DNA of 64,000 nt from positions 1-64,000 of IMG/VR virus record IMGVR_UViG_2799113015_000003. One strand, written 5' to 3'. A program made the translations under genes and the position numbers. The notes under the pieces were generated by a model. The model was not told the DNA's origin, did no database searches, and saw only the letters and a list, made by a program, of their open reading frames with translations. The stretch comes from a virus. Its lineage: Duplodnaviria > Heunggongvirae > Uroviricota > Caudoviricetes. Below are positions 41,599-51,139 of the stretch, piece after piece (position 1 is the first letter of the stretch; every line of letters begins with the position of its first letter).

Positions 41599-41850
41599 CT
41601 ACACCACCAATGCGTGGTAGTCCGCAATCAGCTCCTTCAGCTCCTCGGAAGCGAAGCCCTCCCAGACATTGTCGTCATCGATCAGCACAACAGGTGCGTT
41701 CATGAACCCGTGAGACGTCACGCGCTCATGCCATGTCGCGTCCTCGTCCAGACGGATCTCCTTGAAAGGGATCTCGTTCTTCTTCAGCTGGTTCTTCACC
41801 AACGTGCAGCGGTGGCAGGACGGTCCGGTTGAAAAGACAGTGATGGTCAA
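41599..41850 (-). CDS. nrdH: NrdH-like glutaredoxin (thioredoxin fold, CxxC)
   Basis: TVFSTGPSCHRCTLVK CxxC redox motif in an 83-aa protein. Confidence 0.65.
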   Translation of the reverse strand: MTITVFSTGPSCHRCTLVKNQLKKNEIPFKEIRLDEDATWHERVTSHGFMNAPVVLIDDDNVWEGFASEELKELIADYHALVV

Positions 41851-41858
41851 GAGATTCC

Positions 41859-42824
41859 TTAAAGAGAACGCAGGTATGCCACTGCGGGTTCGATGTCGTA
41901 ATTGATATGAGGAAGGGTTGGTGGCGACTGCGCGATGAACTGCCCACCGTAGATGATTGCCCGGAACACTGCGAAGATCTCCACAGGTGGATTGCGGATG
42001 ATCTGCCCTACCTGCTCTAGTAGAGAGTCAGCCCCGATGAAGGCGTTCTTCAACTCCTGAACCACACGGTAGACGGCGGTCATCATCTCGCCGGTCTTGT
42101 CGTCCGGGGTGTCGGTGTAGATATCGCGGCCCCACACGCTGTTGGCCCCGTGGGCGTAGTCGTACCACCATGCCGGGGTGTTGGCCAGGCGATCGTCGCC
42201 AATTCCGCGACCTGCCGGAATTGGCCAACCTGCGGCGCGGTTTCCGTTCGCCACGCCGACCTCACGACATGGGTTGCCATAAGTGACTGCACCGATAATG
42301 CGATCCTCAAGGTCAGTGCCCACGATGTAGCGCTTCCACACCATCGAGGTGACAATGGCTCCCTGCGAGTAGCCGACCAGGACGAACTTCGCGGCCGGGA
42401 ATCGGTCCAACCGCAGCTTCATCTGCCTCAGCAGTTCCGCGATACCAGCGTCCACCGAAGACCCCATCGGGAATGCGGCAGCGGGATAGCCAATCCCCTG
42501 CCAGCGGAACAAGTCGAGAACTTCACGTGCCAGGTCAGCCGGATAGCCAGCGTCCCAGCCCGCTCCCGTGCCAGCGACAGTGAACAACCACGGCTTCAAC
42601 GCCTCAGGAACACCCAAGGCCTTCTGAGTGGCGAAGTCTAGAACGCCATCAGTACGCAAACCACCCTTGTTGCGCTGGAACGTTTTCACGGCAGCTGTGA
42701 GCTCAGGAGTGAACTTTTCAGTCAGCGCGAGCGACTTACCGTATGAGAACTTCGCACGCAGCTCACCAACAGCCGCGAGAACAGGCAGGCCTTCCATGCC
42801 TTCCTGCCAGCCAATCCATGCCAT
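41859..42824 (-). CDS. lysB: lysin B (mycolyl-arabinogalactan esterase, cutinase-like)
   Basis: N-terminal peptidoglycan-binding repeat (AVKTFQRNKGGLRTDGVLDFATQKAL) and the G-x-S-x-G lipase motif GYSQG. Confidence 0.8.
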   Translation of the reverse strand: MAWIGWQEGMEGLPVLAAVGELRAKFSYGKSLALTEKFTPELTAAVKTFQRNKGGLRTDGVLDFATQKALGVPEALKPWLFTVAGTGAGWDAGYPADLAREVLDLFRWQGIGYPAAAFPMGSSVDAGIAELLRQMKLRLDRFPAAKFVLVGYSQGAIVTSMVWKRYIVGTDLEDRIIGAVTYGNPCREVGVANGNRAAGWPIPAGRGIGDDRLANTPAWWYDYAHGANSVWGRDIYTDTPDDKTGEMMTAVYRVVQELKNAFIGADSLLEQVGQIIRNPPVEIFAVFRAIIYGGQFIAQSPPTLPHINYDIEPAVAYLRSL

Positions 42825-42887
42825 GAGTACTTCTTTCGGAGATGACGAACGGACCCACCAATAGCGGTGAGCCCGTCGCGTTTTGGG

Positions 42888-43202
42888 TTAGTGAGAGGTG
42901 CGGTACTGGTCGATCAATTCCTGAACCAACTCTGGGTTGGCCTTCACCACAGCCTCGACGTGAACGGGGTCAGTCGAGCCCTCATGGAGGATCTTCTCCA
43001 CCAAGTCCACGGCGGTCTTGTTCTTCTTCAGGAACGTCAAAACCGCAGTAACGCCTGCAAATCCGACCATGAGTCCATGAACCCAGTTGGGCGGCAGACC
43101 ATCAGCGATGGCAAGAACAGTTCCTTCCTGAGCGGCGAGCGCGCCGAGGAAGGCTACAAGGGCCTTGTAGATCTCAGGTAGGCGACGTAGGAGATCCATC
43201 AC
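42888..43202 (-). CDS. putative holin (two transmembrane segments)
   Basis: 104 aa between lysA and lysB; YKALVAFLGALAAQEGTVLAIA and VHGLMVGFAGVTAVLTFL. Confidence 0.55.
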   Translation of the reverse strand: MMDLLRRLPEIYKALVAFLGALAAQEGTVLAIADGLPPNWVHGLMVGFAGVTAVLTFLKKNKTAVDLVEKILHEGSTDPVHVEAVVKANPELVQELIDQYRTSH

Positions 43203-43408
43203 TTACCTCCGAACAACTTTCCGATTGGTCCGAGAAACTGCTCTACAGCGTTCCCAACCGTCTTCTCGATGCAGTCGGGAAGCATCTCCCAGGCTTCGTT
43301 CTTGGCCTGCTGGATCTCCTCGCGGATGATCTTCTCGATCACCGGCTTGAGCTCGCGAACAATCGGCGAAACAAACGCCTCCCCAACAAACTTCGCTACA
43401 GCACTCAC
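43199..43408 (-). CDS. small lysis-cassette protein, 69 aa
   Basis: ORF overlapping lysA and the holin; amphipathic, no clear transmembrane segment. Confidence 0.35.
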   Translation of the reverse strand: MSAVAKFVGEAFVSPIVRELKPVIEKIIREEIQQAKNEAWEMLPDCIEKTVGNAVEQFLGPIGKLFGGK

Positions 43409-44799
43409 TTCGCGGCCTCCTTGTAGGCCTCGAGAATCTCCTTCGGCACACTGGCGAGAATCTTCTTGGCACGTGCGATATTGCCCTTGTCGGTAACAGC
43501 GCCTTCACCTGCAGCAGTGCGGATTACGCGCTGTAGTGCATCCTCATCCCCCAGAACCGCAAGTCGCTCGATGAGCTCGGCGTGCTCCATGCCATCGTCG
43601 TTCAACAGCATTCCGGCCAACGTATCCACGGGGCCCTCACCCGGGGCGCGGTAAATCGAACGAGACTCCCAGCGATTGGTCAGCTCGAAGTAGATGCGGT
43701 TCAGCTTCAGCCGATCGTCATCAGTGAACATGTCATCCTCTCCAGCCTGAGCTGAGAATTCGAGTAGGTAGTTGTTGAAGACGTCCCACGGAAAGTTCGG
43801 CCCCACGTCGGTGTGGTTGCCGATACCAAGGCCGACAGTGATTCCGTTGTGGTCGGTAATTCCGTCAGTGGTAGGAAGCTGCGAATACTTGTTACCCACA
43901 AGGATCTGGACCGGAATCCCGTACTTCACACAGTCCTGCACAGCCAAGTAAGCAGAGACTCGAATTGCTTTGTCGTACTTCTGAAGCCATTCGATGCGGC
44001 TCATTGAGGCGTAAGATCCTGCGAACACCTGATTGATCGTGTATCCATTGGCATCCAACACAGACCATGAAGCGTCGTCGGTGTCAACGAGATCCAACGT
44101 CTTCCCGTCTGGATCAATCACGTAGTGGTAAGAGACACCCGCACCGGCCATATAGTTGACCAGGTCCATACCGAGTGCGTTGCCCTCTTCGGTGTGGAGA
44201 ACGATCAGGCGCGGCTTTCGACCATTGCGCGACTGCCAATTTGGAGCCCACTGCCCGATAATGTTCCCTTCTTCAAAGAACCTCGGCGGCAGAACAATCC
44301 CAGTGGTCAGTCGGTTGAAGTACTCAACAGCCACTCCCATTGCCTGGTCGTAACGATCGGGGAACGCGGAGCGCTGTACTTTCTGGGCACACTGGCCCGG
44401 GGTAAGCCCAGGATCGTTGTAATCGAACGCTTTAAGCCCAAACTTGCGAGGGTTCGCCAGATGGTCATAAAACATGGCAGCAGCCTTGTAAGGGTCCATG
44501 CGATCATCGAGCGAACCCCACTCAGGAAAGTTCTGCTGCTGAAACTCATTAACGGACGTACCGTCCGATCCCACCGCGTCATACTTGAACCTCTTGTCAA
44601 GGGACTCTGGGTAATTCGAGTTTGCGTACATCACGAACTTCGACTCCACCCACGCGGTGGCCAGCGCAATGTGGATGCCGCGTGAAGTGATGCCGAGATC
44701 CTGCCCGCAACGAATGACGATCCGTGCGATGTCGTCCTTGGTGTAGAACATGAAGCCCTTAAGGGGTGTCAGCGATGATGATGTCGGAGATCTCCACAC
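43405..44799 (-). CDS. lysA: lysin A (endolysin with amidase-2/PGRP-type domain)
   Basis: Multi-domain 464-aa protein; central segment (GNHTDVGPNFPWDVF, HYVIDPDGKT, DDASWS) resembles the N-acetylmuramoyl-L-alanine amidase family; sits upstream of the holin and lysB. Confidence 0.75.
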   Translation of the reverse strand: MWRSPTSSSLTPLKGFMFYTKDDIARIVIRCGQDLGITSRGIHIALATAWVESKFVMYANSNYPESLDKRFKYDAVGSDGTSVNEFQQQNFPEWGSLDDRMDPYKAAAMFYDHLANPRKFGLKAFDYNDPGLTPGQCAQKVQRSAFPDRYDQAMGVAVEYFNRLTTGIVLPPRFFEEGNIIGQWAPNWQSRNGRKPRLIVLHTEEGNALGMDLVNYMAGAGVSYHYVIDPDGKTLDLVDTDDASWSVLDANGYTINQVFAGSYASMSRIEWLQKYDKAIRVSAYLAVQDCVKYGIPVQILVGNKYSQLPTTDGITDHNGITVGLGIGNHTDVGPNFPWDVFNNYLLEFSAQAGEDDMFTDDDRLKLNRIYFELTNRWESRSIYRAPGEGPVDTLAGMLLNDDGMEHAELIERLAVLGDEDALQRVIRTAAGEGAVTDKGNIARAKKILASVPKEILEAYKEAAK

Positions 44800-45763
44800 C
44801 TGGTGTCAGGAGATCCGACTTAAATCCGAGGCCGAAATAGCGCTCGCCCTCACCGTGGTTCACGATCTGCGTTGTGTCTGTCCAGCTGACAATCGGCGTC
44901 AACGAGGTACCGACGTACAGTGAGTACGCATTGGTGAGTGGGTTGTATTCGGCGGTGTAGTTCTGGTTAGTGGCAGTGGTGTACTGCACCGGAGTGACGC
45001 GACTCTGCGTGGTAACTGGGCCCGTCCCGGTAACAACCTCGACAGTGTCGTGCTGCCACAGGCCATTCAGAAAGACGCCGTTGTGCTTCAGTGCCGCGTA
45101 GTTGGTCATGTCGTAGTTCGAACAGATCGCAATCCACGCGGTGCCGGAACCAAATCGAATCGTGTTGTAGGTCAGGCGAATCGCATCGGTTTTCAAGGGC
45201 GCGTAGTACAGCATGGCGACGTCGTCAAACAACGTAGGTCCACCACCAGCGCCATCGGTAATCGATGCTGCTGCGACCGCATTTGGAAGGCTGCGGTACG
45301 CGTTGTCGTAGACGCGCGGCTTGCCATTCATAATGCGCCACGCAGGATCCACCACGAAGCCGGGAGTGCCGAAGCTGTAGCGGTACTGCACACCATCGAA
45401 CTCGCCAGACTGAGGCGGTGCATCCGGGAATGGAGCTTCGCTTCGAATCACAGTTCCCTGTAGCTCGAGCCGGGGCTCATCCAACTCCGGGGTCTGAATA
45501 TGCAGAGTCCACGAAGCGCCGCGCGGCAAGGCATTCGAAATAGCCTTGGCCTCAAGGAAGGTCACTGTAGAACCAGCGACAATGCCTTCAAATGTGGCGA
45601 GCGTCTGGCTATAAGTGTTTTTGATCGTCAGGAATGCTGTAGTTCCAGATGGGAACTTCTTACCACCACTGAGCGTGTACTTATAGTGAAGCGGATTGTC
45701 GCGATTCAGCTCAAGAGGCTGGTTGCTGAGAACCCGAGTCGAAGGCGTCCAAATCGCCATCAA
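44759..45763 (-). CDS. minor tail protein
   Basis: Position at the distal end of the tail gene block. Confidence 0.5.
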   Translation of the reverse strand: MMAIWTPSTRVLSNQPLELNRDNPLHYKYTLSGGKKFPSGTTAFLTIKNTYSQTLATFEGIVAGSTVTFLEAKAISNALPRGASWTLHIQTPELDEPRLELQGTVIRSEAPFPDAPPQSGEFDGVQYRYSFGTPGFVVDPAWRIMNGKPRVYDNAYRSLPNAVAAASITDGAGGGPTLFDDVAMLYYAPLKTDAIRLTYNTIRFGSGTAWIAICSNYDMTNYAALKHNGVFLNGLWQHDTVEVVTGTGPVTTQSRVTPVQYTTATNQNYTAEYNPLTNAYSLYVGTSLTPIVSWTDTTQIVNHGEGERYFGLGFKSDLLTPGVEISDIIIADTP

Positions 45764-45782
45764 AACTCTCTCTTTCAGTGTA

Positions 45783-46139
45783 TCAGGAGACGCGCTTCGC
45801 GAGATTGATCTTGCGGCGCAATGCGATACGCTCTTCTTCGTTCAGTCCGGTAATCTTCGGGAACAGGTCATCCAGGATGTCCGTAAGCCCGGTGACCGCG
45901 CCCACCAGCTGATCCAACCGGTCGCGAAGTTCCGCATTCTCCTTGCGCACTTCCTCGCGGATTGCGGTGGAGATAGCCGAAAGTACTTGCGCTTCATCGA
46001 CCTTGCGCTTACGTCGACCTGTTGCGAGCTCAATAATCTTGCTCAGCACACCACCAGCGGCCAGGGCCCCAAACAGGGAGACCACTGTCTCGGCGTCAAG
46101 ATCAATGAGCTCGTCCACCAGGCTCACAACTCGGCCCAA
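45783..46139 (-). CDS. hypothetical coiled-coil protein in the tail block
   Basis: ORF. Confidence 0.4.
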   Translation of the reverse strand: MGRVVSLVDELIDLDAETVVSLFGALAAGGVLSKIIELATGRRKRKVDEAQVLSAISTAIREEVRKENAELRDRLDQLVGAVTGLTDILDDLFPKITGLNEEERIALRRKINLAKRVS

Positions 46140-46284
46140 TCTGCTACCTCAGCTTCGGGGGCGTAGTGCCCACCAACTTCTGAGTGCATCACCGCCCACT
46201 TGCCATCGGTGCGCTGAATGGCTACGGCCAGTCGGTCCGGGGACACGCGAATCACTGGATTCGTGTTGTCAGTCAATGTGTTTC

Positions 46285-47871
46285 CTATACAGATGCGGTG
46301 TTGTCGTGTCCTGGGACATCGACGTCACGTGCCGCCTCAACAACGGAGAGCCCTCTGTCCTCCGGGGAAACGACACCAAGACGATCAACCGCCGCGATAC
46401 TCATAGCCCGCTCGGTCTCACCCACAGTTGCGCTGCGTTCGCTTTCATTTACCGCGATATCGCGTTCAGTTTGAGGAACATTGACGGATCGATCGACTGG
46501 ATCGATATATACGATCTCGCGGATGGATCCGAACCATGCCCACATCGATGCGTTTACCGACAAGTCGGCATCGGCAGTGAACTTCGCCCCGACCGTTCCG
46601 GTTCCAAGAACCTCTACCGCCAAGCTGGCAGCTGCCGCGTAGTTCACCTGCGCTGCTGCGGTCATAGCCGCGATCAGATCTAGGTTGGTATCTGCGACAT
46701 TTCCACCAGTCGAATCTGGAGTACTGTCGAACTCTATTCCCAGCGCTGCTTCTGCGCTGACGGTCTTGTATGCCTCTGCGGTGATAAAGGCCATCGCCAC
46801 TAGGTTCGCGGCCAGGCTTCCCTGATACTTCAGTCCAGCTTCAAGGCCAGCACCAACGCCGAGTGCGCCCCCAATGGCTTGCCCGCGTGCTGCCACTGCA
46901 GTCACAGCGGTAACCAGATTCAGGGCGCTCGCGACACCGAGGTCTACATTCGCACCTGCCAGCAACGCAGCTGTCAGGGCGAGATTTACGTCCCCTACCC
47001 CGTACTCGGTGGCTGCAGCTGAGGTGGACGTGTTTACCGCCAGCGAGGCTGCCCCGTTCAATACCTTGACGATCGCACCGACTGGCGTAGACGAGAGAAA
47101 CAGGCTCGACTGAACCTTGGCGTCATACCGATTGATACCAACAGGTGTGGCCGCAGCGGAAAGATTCGCACCCATGGACTGGCCCCGAGAGCCGGTCACG
47201 GATGACGTGGCGGTTACTGCTAAGGCTGCACCCACGACAGCGCTGTTAGTCAGTCGTGCGGTGGGCGATGCGATAGCCGAAAGATTGGCGTCAGCTGTCC
47301 AAGCGACTGGCTCGTACCAGGCGAAGAACCAGATCTGACCAGCACCACCAGGCCGTCCTGGTTTCACGCCGATCGTGAAGAATCCGCCCGTGCCTGGACC
47401 ACCACCGCCGCCCGGGGCTACTCCATCATTGTTGGCAGCGGCTGTACCGCCACCTGCGTACGCATTGCCGTTATAGGTGATACTTCCGGGCGACTCTCCA
47501 GGAGTGTTCTTGCCGTTTCCCGCATAGGCACCAGCACCGCCAGCGCCACCGGCAGCAGTCGTGGTTGAGCCATTGAATGTCGCGGATGATCCGCCCCCAG
47601 CTCCACCGGCCTTCTCAATCGGGCCTGCAGAACCGCTGGCTCCAACCGACCAATCAACGTAGGGCGCGGCCCAAGAAGCCCCGGGCGAACGAGTAAGCGT
47701 GAAGGTCTGCCATGACCCCTTCTTGCCACCCTCGCCTGTGGTGTTCTGGCCACCGTCACCGCCACCGCCACCACCGCCAGCTCCAAGGAGGATTACATCT
47801 ACACGATTCGCTTCGGGTGGTAGCGCGTAAGAACCGGAGCCTGACGTATACGTAGTCGACCCCAGCGCCAT
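46285..47871 (-). CDS. glycine-rich minor tail protein (fiber-like)
   Basis: 528 aa with long GGxGG/GAGG tracts in the N-terminal third. Confidence 0.55.
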   Translation of the reverse strand: MALGSTTYTSGSGSYALPPEANRVDVILLGAGGGGGGGDGGQNTTGEGGKKGSWQTFTLTRSPGASWAAPYVDWSVGASGSAGPIEKAGGAGGGSSATFNGSTTTAAGGAGGAGAYAGNGKNTPGESPGSITYNGNAYAGGGTAAANNDGVAPGGGGGPGTGGFFTIGVKPGRPGGAGQIWFFAWYEPVAWTADANLSAIASPTARLTNSAVVGAALAVTATSSVTGSRGQSMGANLSAAATPVGINRYDAKVQSSLFLSSTPVGAIVKVLNGAASLAVNTSTSAAATEYGVGDVNLALTAALLAGANVDLGVASALNLVTAVTAVAARGQAIGGALGVGAGLEAGLKYQGSLAANLVAMAFITAEAYKTVSAEAALGIEFDSTPDSTGGNVADTNLDLIAAMTAAAQVNYAAAASLAVEVLGTGTVGAKFTADADLSVNASMWAWFGSIREIVYIDPVDRSVNVPQTERDIAVNESERSATVGETERAMSIAAVDRLGVVSPEDRGLSVVEAARDVDVPGHDNTASV

Positions 47872-48261
47872 TTACGCCGCCAGAGGGCCCAGGGACAAGC
47901 CGCAGTTAGTCAGGGTCAAGGTGTCACCCGACTGAACACTCTTCGGGACAGACAGAACAGCCGACCACTGAAAGTTGCCTCCGGTAGAAGCGTCCCAGAT
48001 CGAAATATGGGTGATGGTTTCAGTGGCGGTCATTGACCAGGACGGGTTCGTTCCGGTCAGTGCGATTGCACCAGATGCAGCCGCAGCGAATGCTGCCTGA
48101 CTCCTCGCGGATACAGCCGATCCTGCAGCGGTGCCAGCCGCGCCCGGGTCTGCGGTGTGAAGCCGTACCCATAGGCCACCAGGCTGAGCCCAGGCGGTTC
48201 CACCACGTAGGTGGTCAAGAATCTTATTGGCAAGATTGGCAGTGTGAAGACCAACGGTCAT
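47872..48261 (-). CDS. minor tail protein
   Basis: ORF abutting the glycine-rich gene. Confidence 0.45.
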   Translation of the reverse strand: MTVGLHTANLANKILDHLRGGTAWAQPGGLWVRLHTADPGAAGTAAGSAVSARSQAAFAAAASGAIALTGTNPSWSMTATETITHISIWDASTGGNFQWSAVLSVPKSVQSGDTLTLTNCGLSLGPLAA

Positions 48262-48347
48262 TCCGAATCCTTTGAATCACTTGGTCGCTCAACCTCGGCG
48301 TCTGCCCACGCCGTTAGAGCGAAAACGATCTCAGTAGGTTCGTTCAC

Positions 48348-48629
48348 CTACATCTCCTTGATTTCGACCGTGAAAGTTCGGTCATCCTCACGACCACCGT
48401 TGGTAATCACGTGAACGGTGACGTCGTACTTACTTCCGGCTGCACCGGCAGAGACCCAAACAGTCACTGCGTCAACCGTGTTTGAAACAGTTCCGACAGT
48501 CAGGCCACCAGTTGGGGACACCGTCGCCGTTGCCGACGTGATCGTGTCGCCAGGGGCAAGCCAGTCAGCCCAATTAAGGGTGTAGTCGAGAACCGCATCA
48601 GGATCCTGCTTAAATGTCCTGAGCGACAA
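48348..48629 (-). CDS. hypothetical tail-region protein, 93 aa
   Basis: ORF. Confidence 0.4.
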   Translation of the reverse strand: MSLRTFKQDPDAVLDYTLNWADWLAPGDTITSATATVSPTGGLTVGTVSNTVDAVTVWVSAGAAGSKYDVTVHVITNGGREDDRTFTVEIKEM

Positions 48630-48638
48630 AGTAACTCC

Positions 48639-48989
48639 CTAAGACTTAGGAATGGGTTCGTAACCCATAGCCGAAAGCGCAGCATCATGTGACGAGCACT
48701 CCTCAATCCGGCACAGCGGAGTCAGCCCATTGGCTGGGTTGAAGTCCGCGTCAAGAACCACCGCGTTCTCGTCTGACAGGAAGACGTCAACTGTCTTCGG
48801 CAGGTGGAGCATGTTCACCGGAATGCCAAGCAGATTGCCCAGGGATTCAGCGGACGCAACAGTGATCAGTAGGTACCACGTTGTGTCACCATCCGAGCAG
48901 CGATAGTGATTAGTTTTCGGGCAGAACTGCGGTAGAAATTCCGAAATCAGTTCGGCTGTATGCATTAACCCTCTTTCCAGAACACCCAC
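48639..48989 (-). CDS. hypothetical tail-region protein, 116 aa
   Basis: ORF. Confidence 0.4.
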   Translation of the reverse strand: MGVLERGLMHTAELISEFLPQFCPKTNHYRCSDGDTTWYLLITVASAESLGNLLGIPVNMLHLPKTVDVFLSDENAVVLDADFNPANGLTPLCRIEECSSHDAALSAMGYEPIPKS

Positions 48990-50635
48990 AGCACACCACT
49001 GGCCCCGGGGCCTCCTGTACCGCCCGATCCTTTACTTCCGGTGTCGTAGCCAGCGCCACCACCACCGCCGCCCCCGCCACCACCGGGGTATCCGCCAGCG
49101 CCACCATTCCCGCCCTTGGCCTGAGCCAAAGTGCCGGTTGGGTTTCCACCGCCACCGCCACCGCCACCGCCACCACCGCATTTGGTGTCGACCCCAGCGG
49201 ATACTGACTCTCCAGCCGTCCCATTTGTTGCCGGTAGTGCGCTAGGCGATCCACCAGTTCCGCCTCCCGCAGATGCGGACGCGACTCCGGTTCGACCTGT
49301 GGTTCCATAGTTGGCCGATGTTCCGGCTTTATAACCACCGGTGCCACCTGCCCCGCCACTGCCAGGTGTGGACGACGTTGCCAGGAAGGCGAATTCGCTC
49401 TTGCTTTGGATACCGCCAGCACCAGCGACAGTCGTCAAATAGGACCCAAACGATGTCTCGTTGCCATTCGTTCCGATTGTTACGTCGACCGGCCAAGTAA
49501 TGGCAGACGGGTCGAGCCCTAGCTTCAGGAACCCGCCGTTCAGACCACCAGAACCGGCAGCCCCACCAGCTGACGTGGTTCCGCTAGATCCACCAAACCC
49601 GTTACTACCAGCGCCAATTCCGATAACGAAAACTTCGCTAAGATTTGCAGCCGGTTTCTCGTAGGACTGCGATGAAACGATTGTGTCCACGGTGTAGCCA
49701 TTGATTACGGCTTGCTTGATCGCCTCGATAGTCGTCCTGACTTCAGCTGGCGAGCCTGTCGCGGACGATCCACCGAACCAGCCATTGGTGATCGCCTGAA
49801 AGCCCCCGACAACGACGTTTCCGAGATCTACCAGGCCCTCAACAGCACTCTTCGCCACCTCACCAACCAGCTTGGAGGCGTCATAGCCACCTTCGCCATT
49901 TAGGTGAGACGTCTTGCCAGTGATCGCATTCCACCAGTCCTTGACATCCTGGAGAGCCTGGTTGATTGGCGTGACCAATACACCACGGAAGATGTCAATG
50001 ACCTGGTTGATCATGGAGTTGATGCCGTTAAGCACTCCCCCGAGGCCCGCGATCATATCCTGCGCAAACTGGCCGGAAACGATCTTCGAAGCGTCGAGGC
50101 CGGGAATCACACTGCCCGACAGCAGGCCACCGATCAGTGTGGCGAGCTTTCCCACCGGGGCGAGGATCATGTCAATGAAGTCAGCCGCAGCCGCAAGCGG
50201 ATTGAACGACGGCGAGTTGAAGTCGATGTGCGCGAGGAACTTCTTCAGATTGTCGAACCAGAGCTTCAGCTCAGCGATTCCGCCATCCGCGATACCGGTG
50301 ATCCACTTGACGATGTCACCGAGAAGCGGAACTTCCTTGAGACTGTTGAGGAATGCCTCCATTCCCTCGTCAAGATTGATATTCAACCCGGGGAACAGAC
50401 GATTTACCAACGCCTCGAGGATCGCAAGAGGCAGTCCCAGCGCCGCATTCAATCCATGGAAGATCGCATCAGACGCGTTATTCAGTGAACTGGTGTTCTG
50501 AACGCGCTGCTTGAGCATCTCCTCAATGGGCCCACGCGTTCGACCAGCTAGATTGCCAAGCCCCGCACCAACAACGCCACCGTCATGTCCAGATAGGTCA
50601 TACCCACTCGGATCGCTGCCAGTCGGCATCGTCAT
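48965..50635 (-). CDS. minor tail protein with collagen-like glycine-rich C-terminus
   Basis: 556 aa; C-terminal GGGGGGGGGNPTG...GGNGGAGGYPGGGGGGGGGGAGYDTGSKGSGGTGGPG. Confidence 0.55.
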   Translation of the reverse strand: MTMPTGSDPSGYDLSGHDGGVVGAGLGNLAGRTRGPIEEMLKQRVQNTSSLNNASDAIFHGLNAALGLPLAILEALVNRLFPGLNINLDEGMEAFLNSLKEVPLLGDIVKWITGIADGGIAELKLWFDNLKKFLAHIDFNSPSFNPLAAAADFIDMILAPVGKLATLIGGLLSGSVIPGLDASKIVSGQFAQDMIAGLGGVLNGINSMINQVIDIFRGVLVTPINQALQDVKDWWNAITGKTSHLNGEGGYDASKLVGEVAKSAVEGLVDLGNVVVGGFQAITNGWFGGSSATGSPAEVRTTIEAIKQAVINGYTVDTIVSSQSYEKPAANLSEVFVIGIGAGSNGFGGSSGTTSAGGAAGSGGLNGGFLKLGLDPSAITWPVDVTIGTNGNETSFGSYLTTVAGAGGIQSKSEFAFLATSSTPGSGGAGGTGGYKAGTSANYGTTGRTGVASASAGGGTGGSPSALPATNGTAGESVSAGVDTKCGGGGGGGGGGGNPTGTLAQAKGGNGGAGGYPGGGGGGGGGGAGYDTGSKGSGGTGGPGASGVLWVFWKEG

Positions 50636-50638
50636 GGG

Positions 50639-51094
50639 TTACTCCTTGGATTTGATGTACTCAGTGAGCAGGATCAATTTCTTGATCTCGGACTCGAACT
50701 GTTTGGAGATCTTGGCACGCTCCTCATCGGAACCAGCCGCCTTGATCTTCTTGAGAAGTTCCGCATACTCGGGATGTTCTTCAGCGATATACCCAAGAAC
50801 CTCTTCGGCTTTAGCCTTCAGGTCGTTGGACTTACCGAAGTCTTCTGGCTTCTCATCCACAATGTCCGCGACGGCGAACTGGCCCCCACCTACAGCCCAC
50901 TTCGTGGCAAGCTCTGGGTGCCAACGCAATCCGAGTTTCCACCACAGTTCAGATGTGGGTTCCCAGGACTGAACGATCGCCATAACCTGGTTCGGATTCG
51001 CACCTGGTCGCGGATCAACCATGCCTACGCCAAGGACCCAGGCCATTCCTTTAGGGTGCTCTGGATCGGGCGGATGAACATTAACCGGAGGCAT
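50639..51094 (-). CDS. hypothetical tail-region protein, 151 aa
   Basis: ORF. Confidence 0.45.
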   Translation of the reverse strand: MPPVNVHPPDPEHPKGMAWVLGVGMVDPRPGANPNQVMAIVQSWEPTSELWWKLGLRWHPELATKWAVGGGQFAVADIVDEKPEDFGKSNDLKAKAEEVLGYIAEEHPEYAELLKKIKAAGSDEERAKISKQFESEIKKLILLTEYIKSKE

Positions 51095-51139
51095 CTGCTC
51101 CTACCTCTATTGTCTCACGAATTAGCCTGCAGGCCAGCA

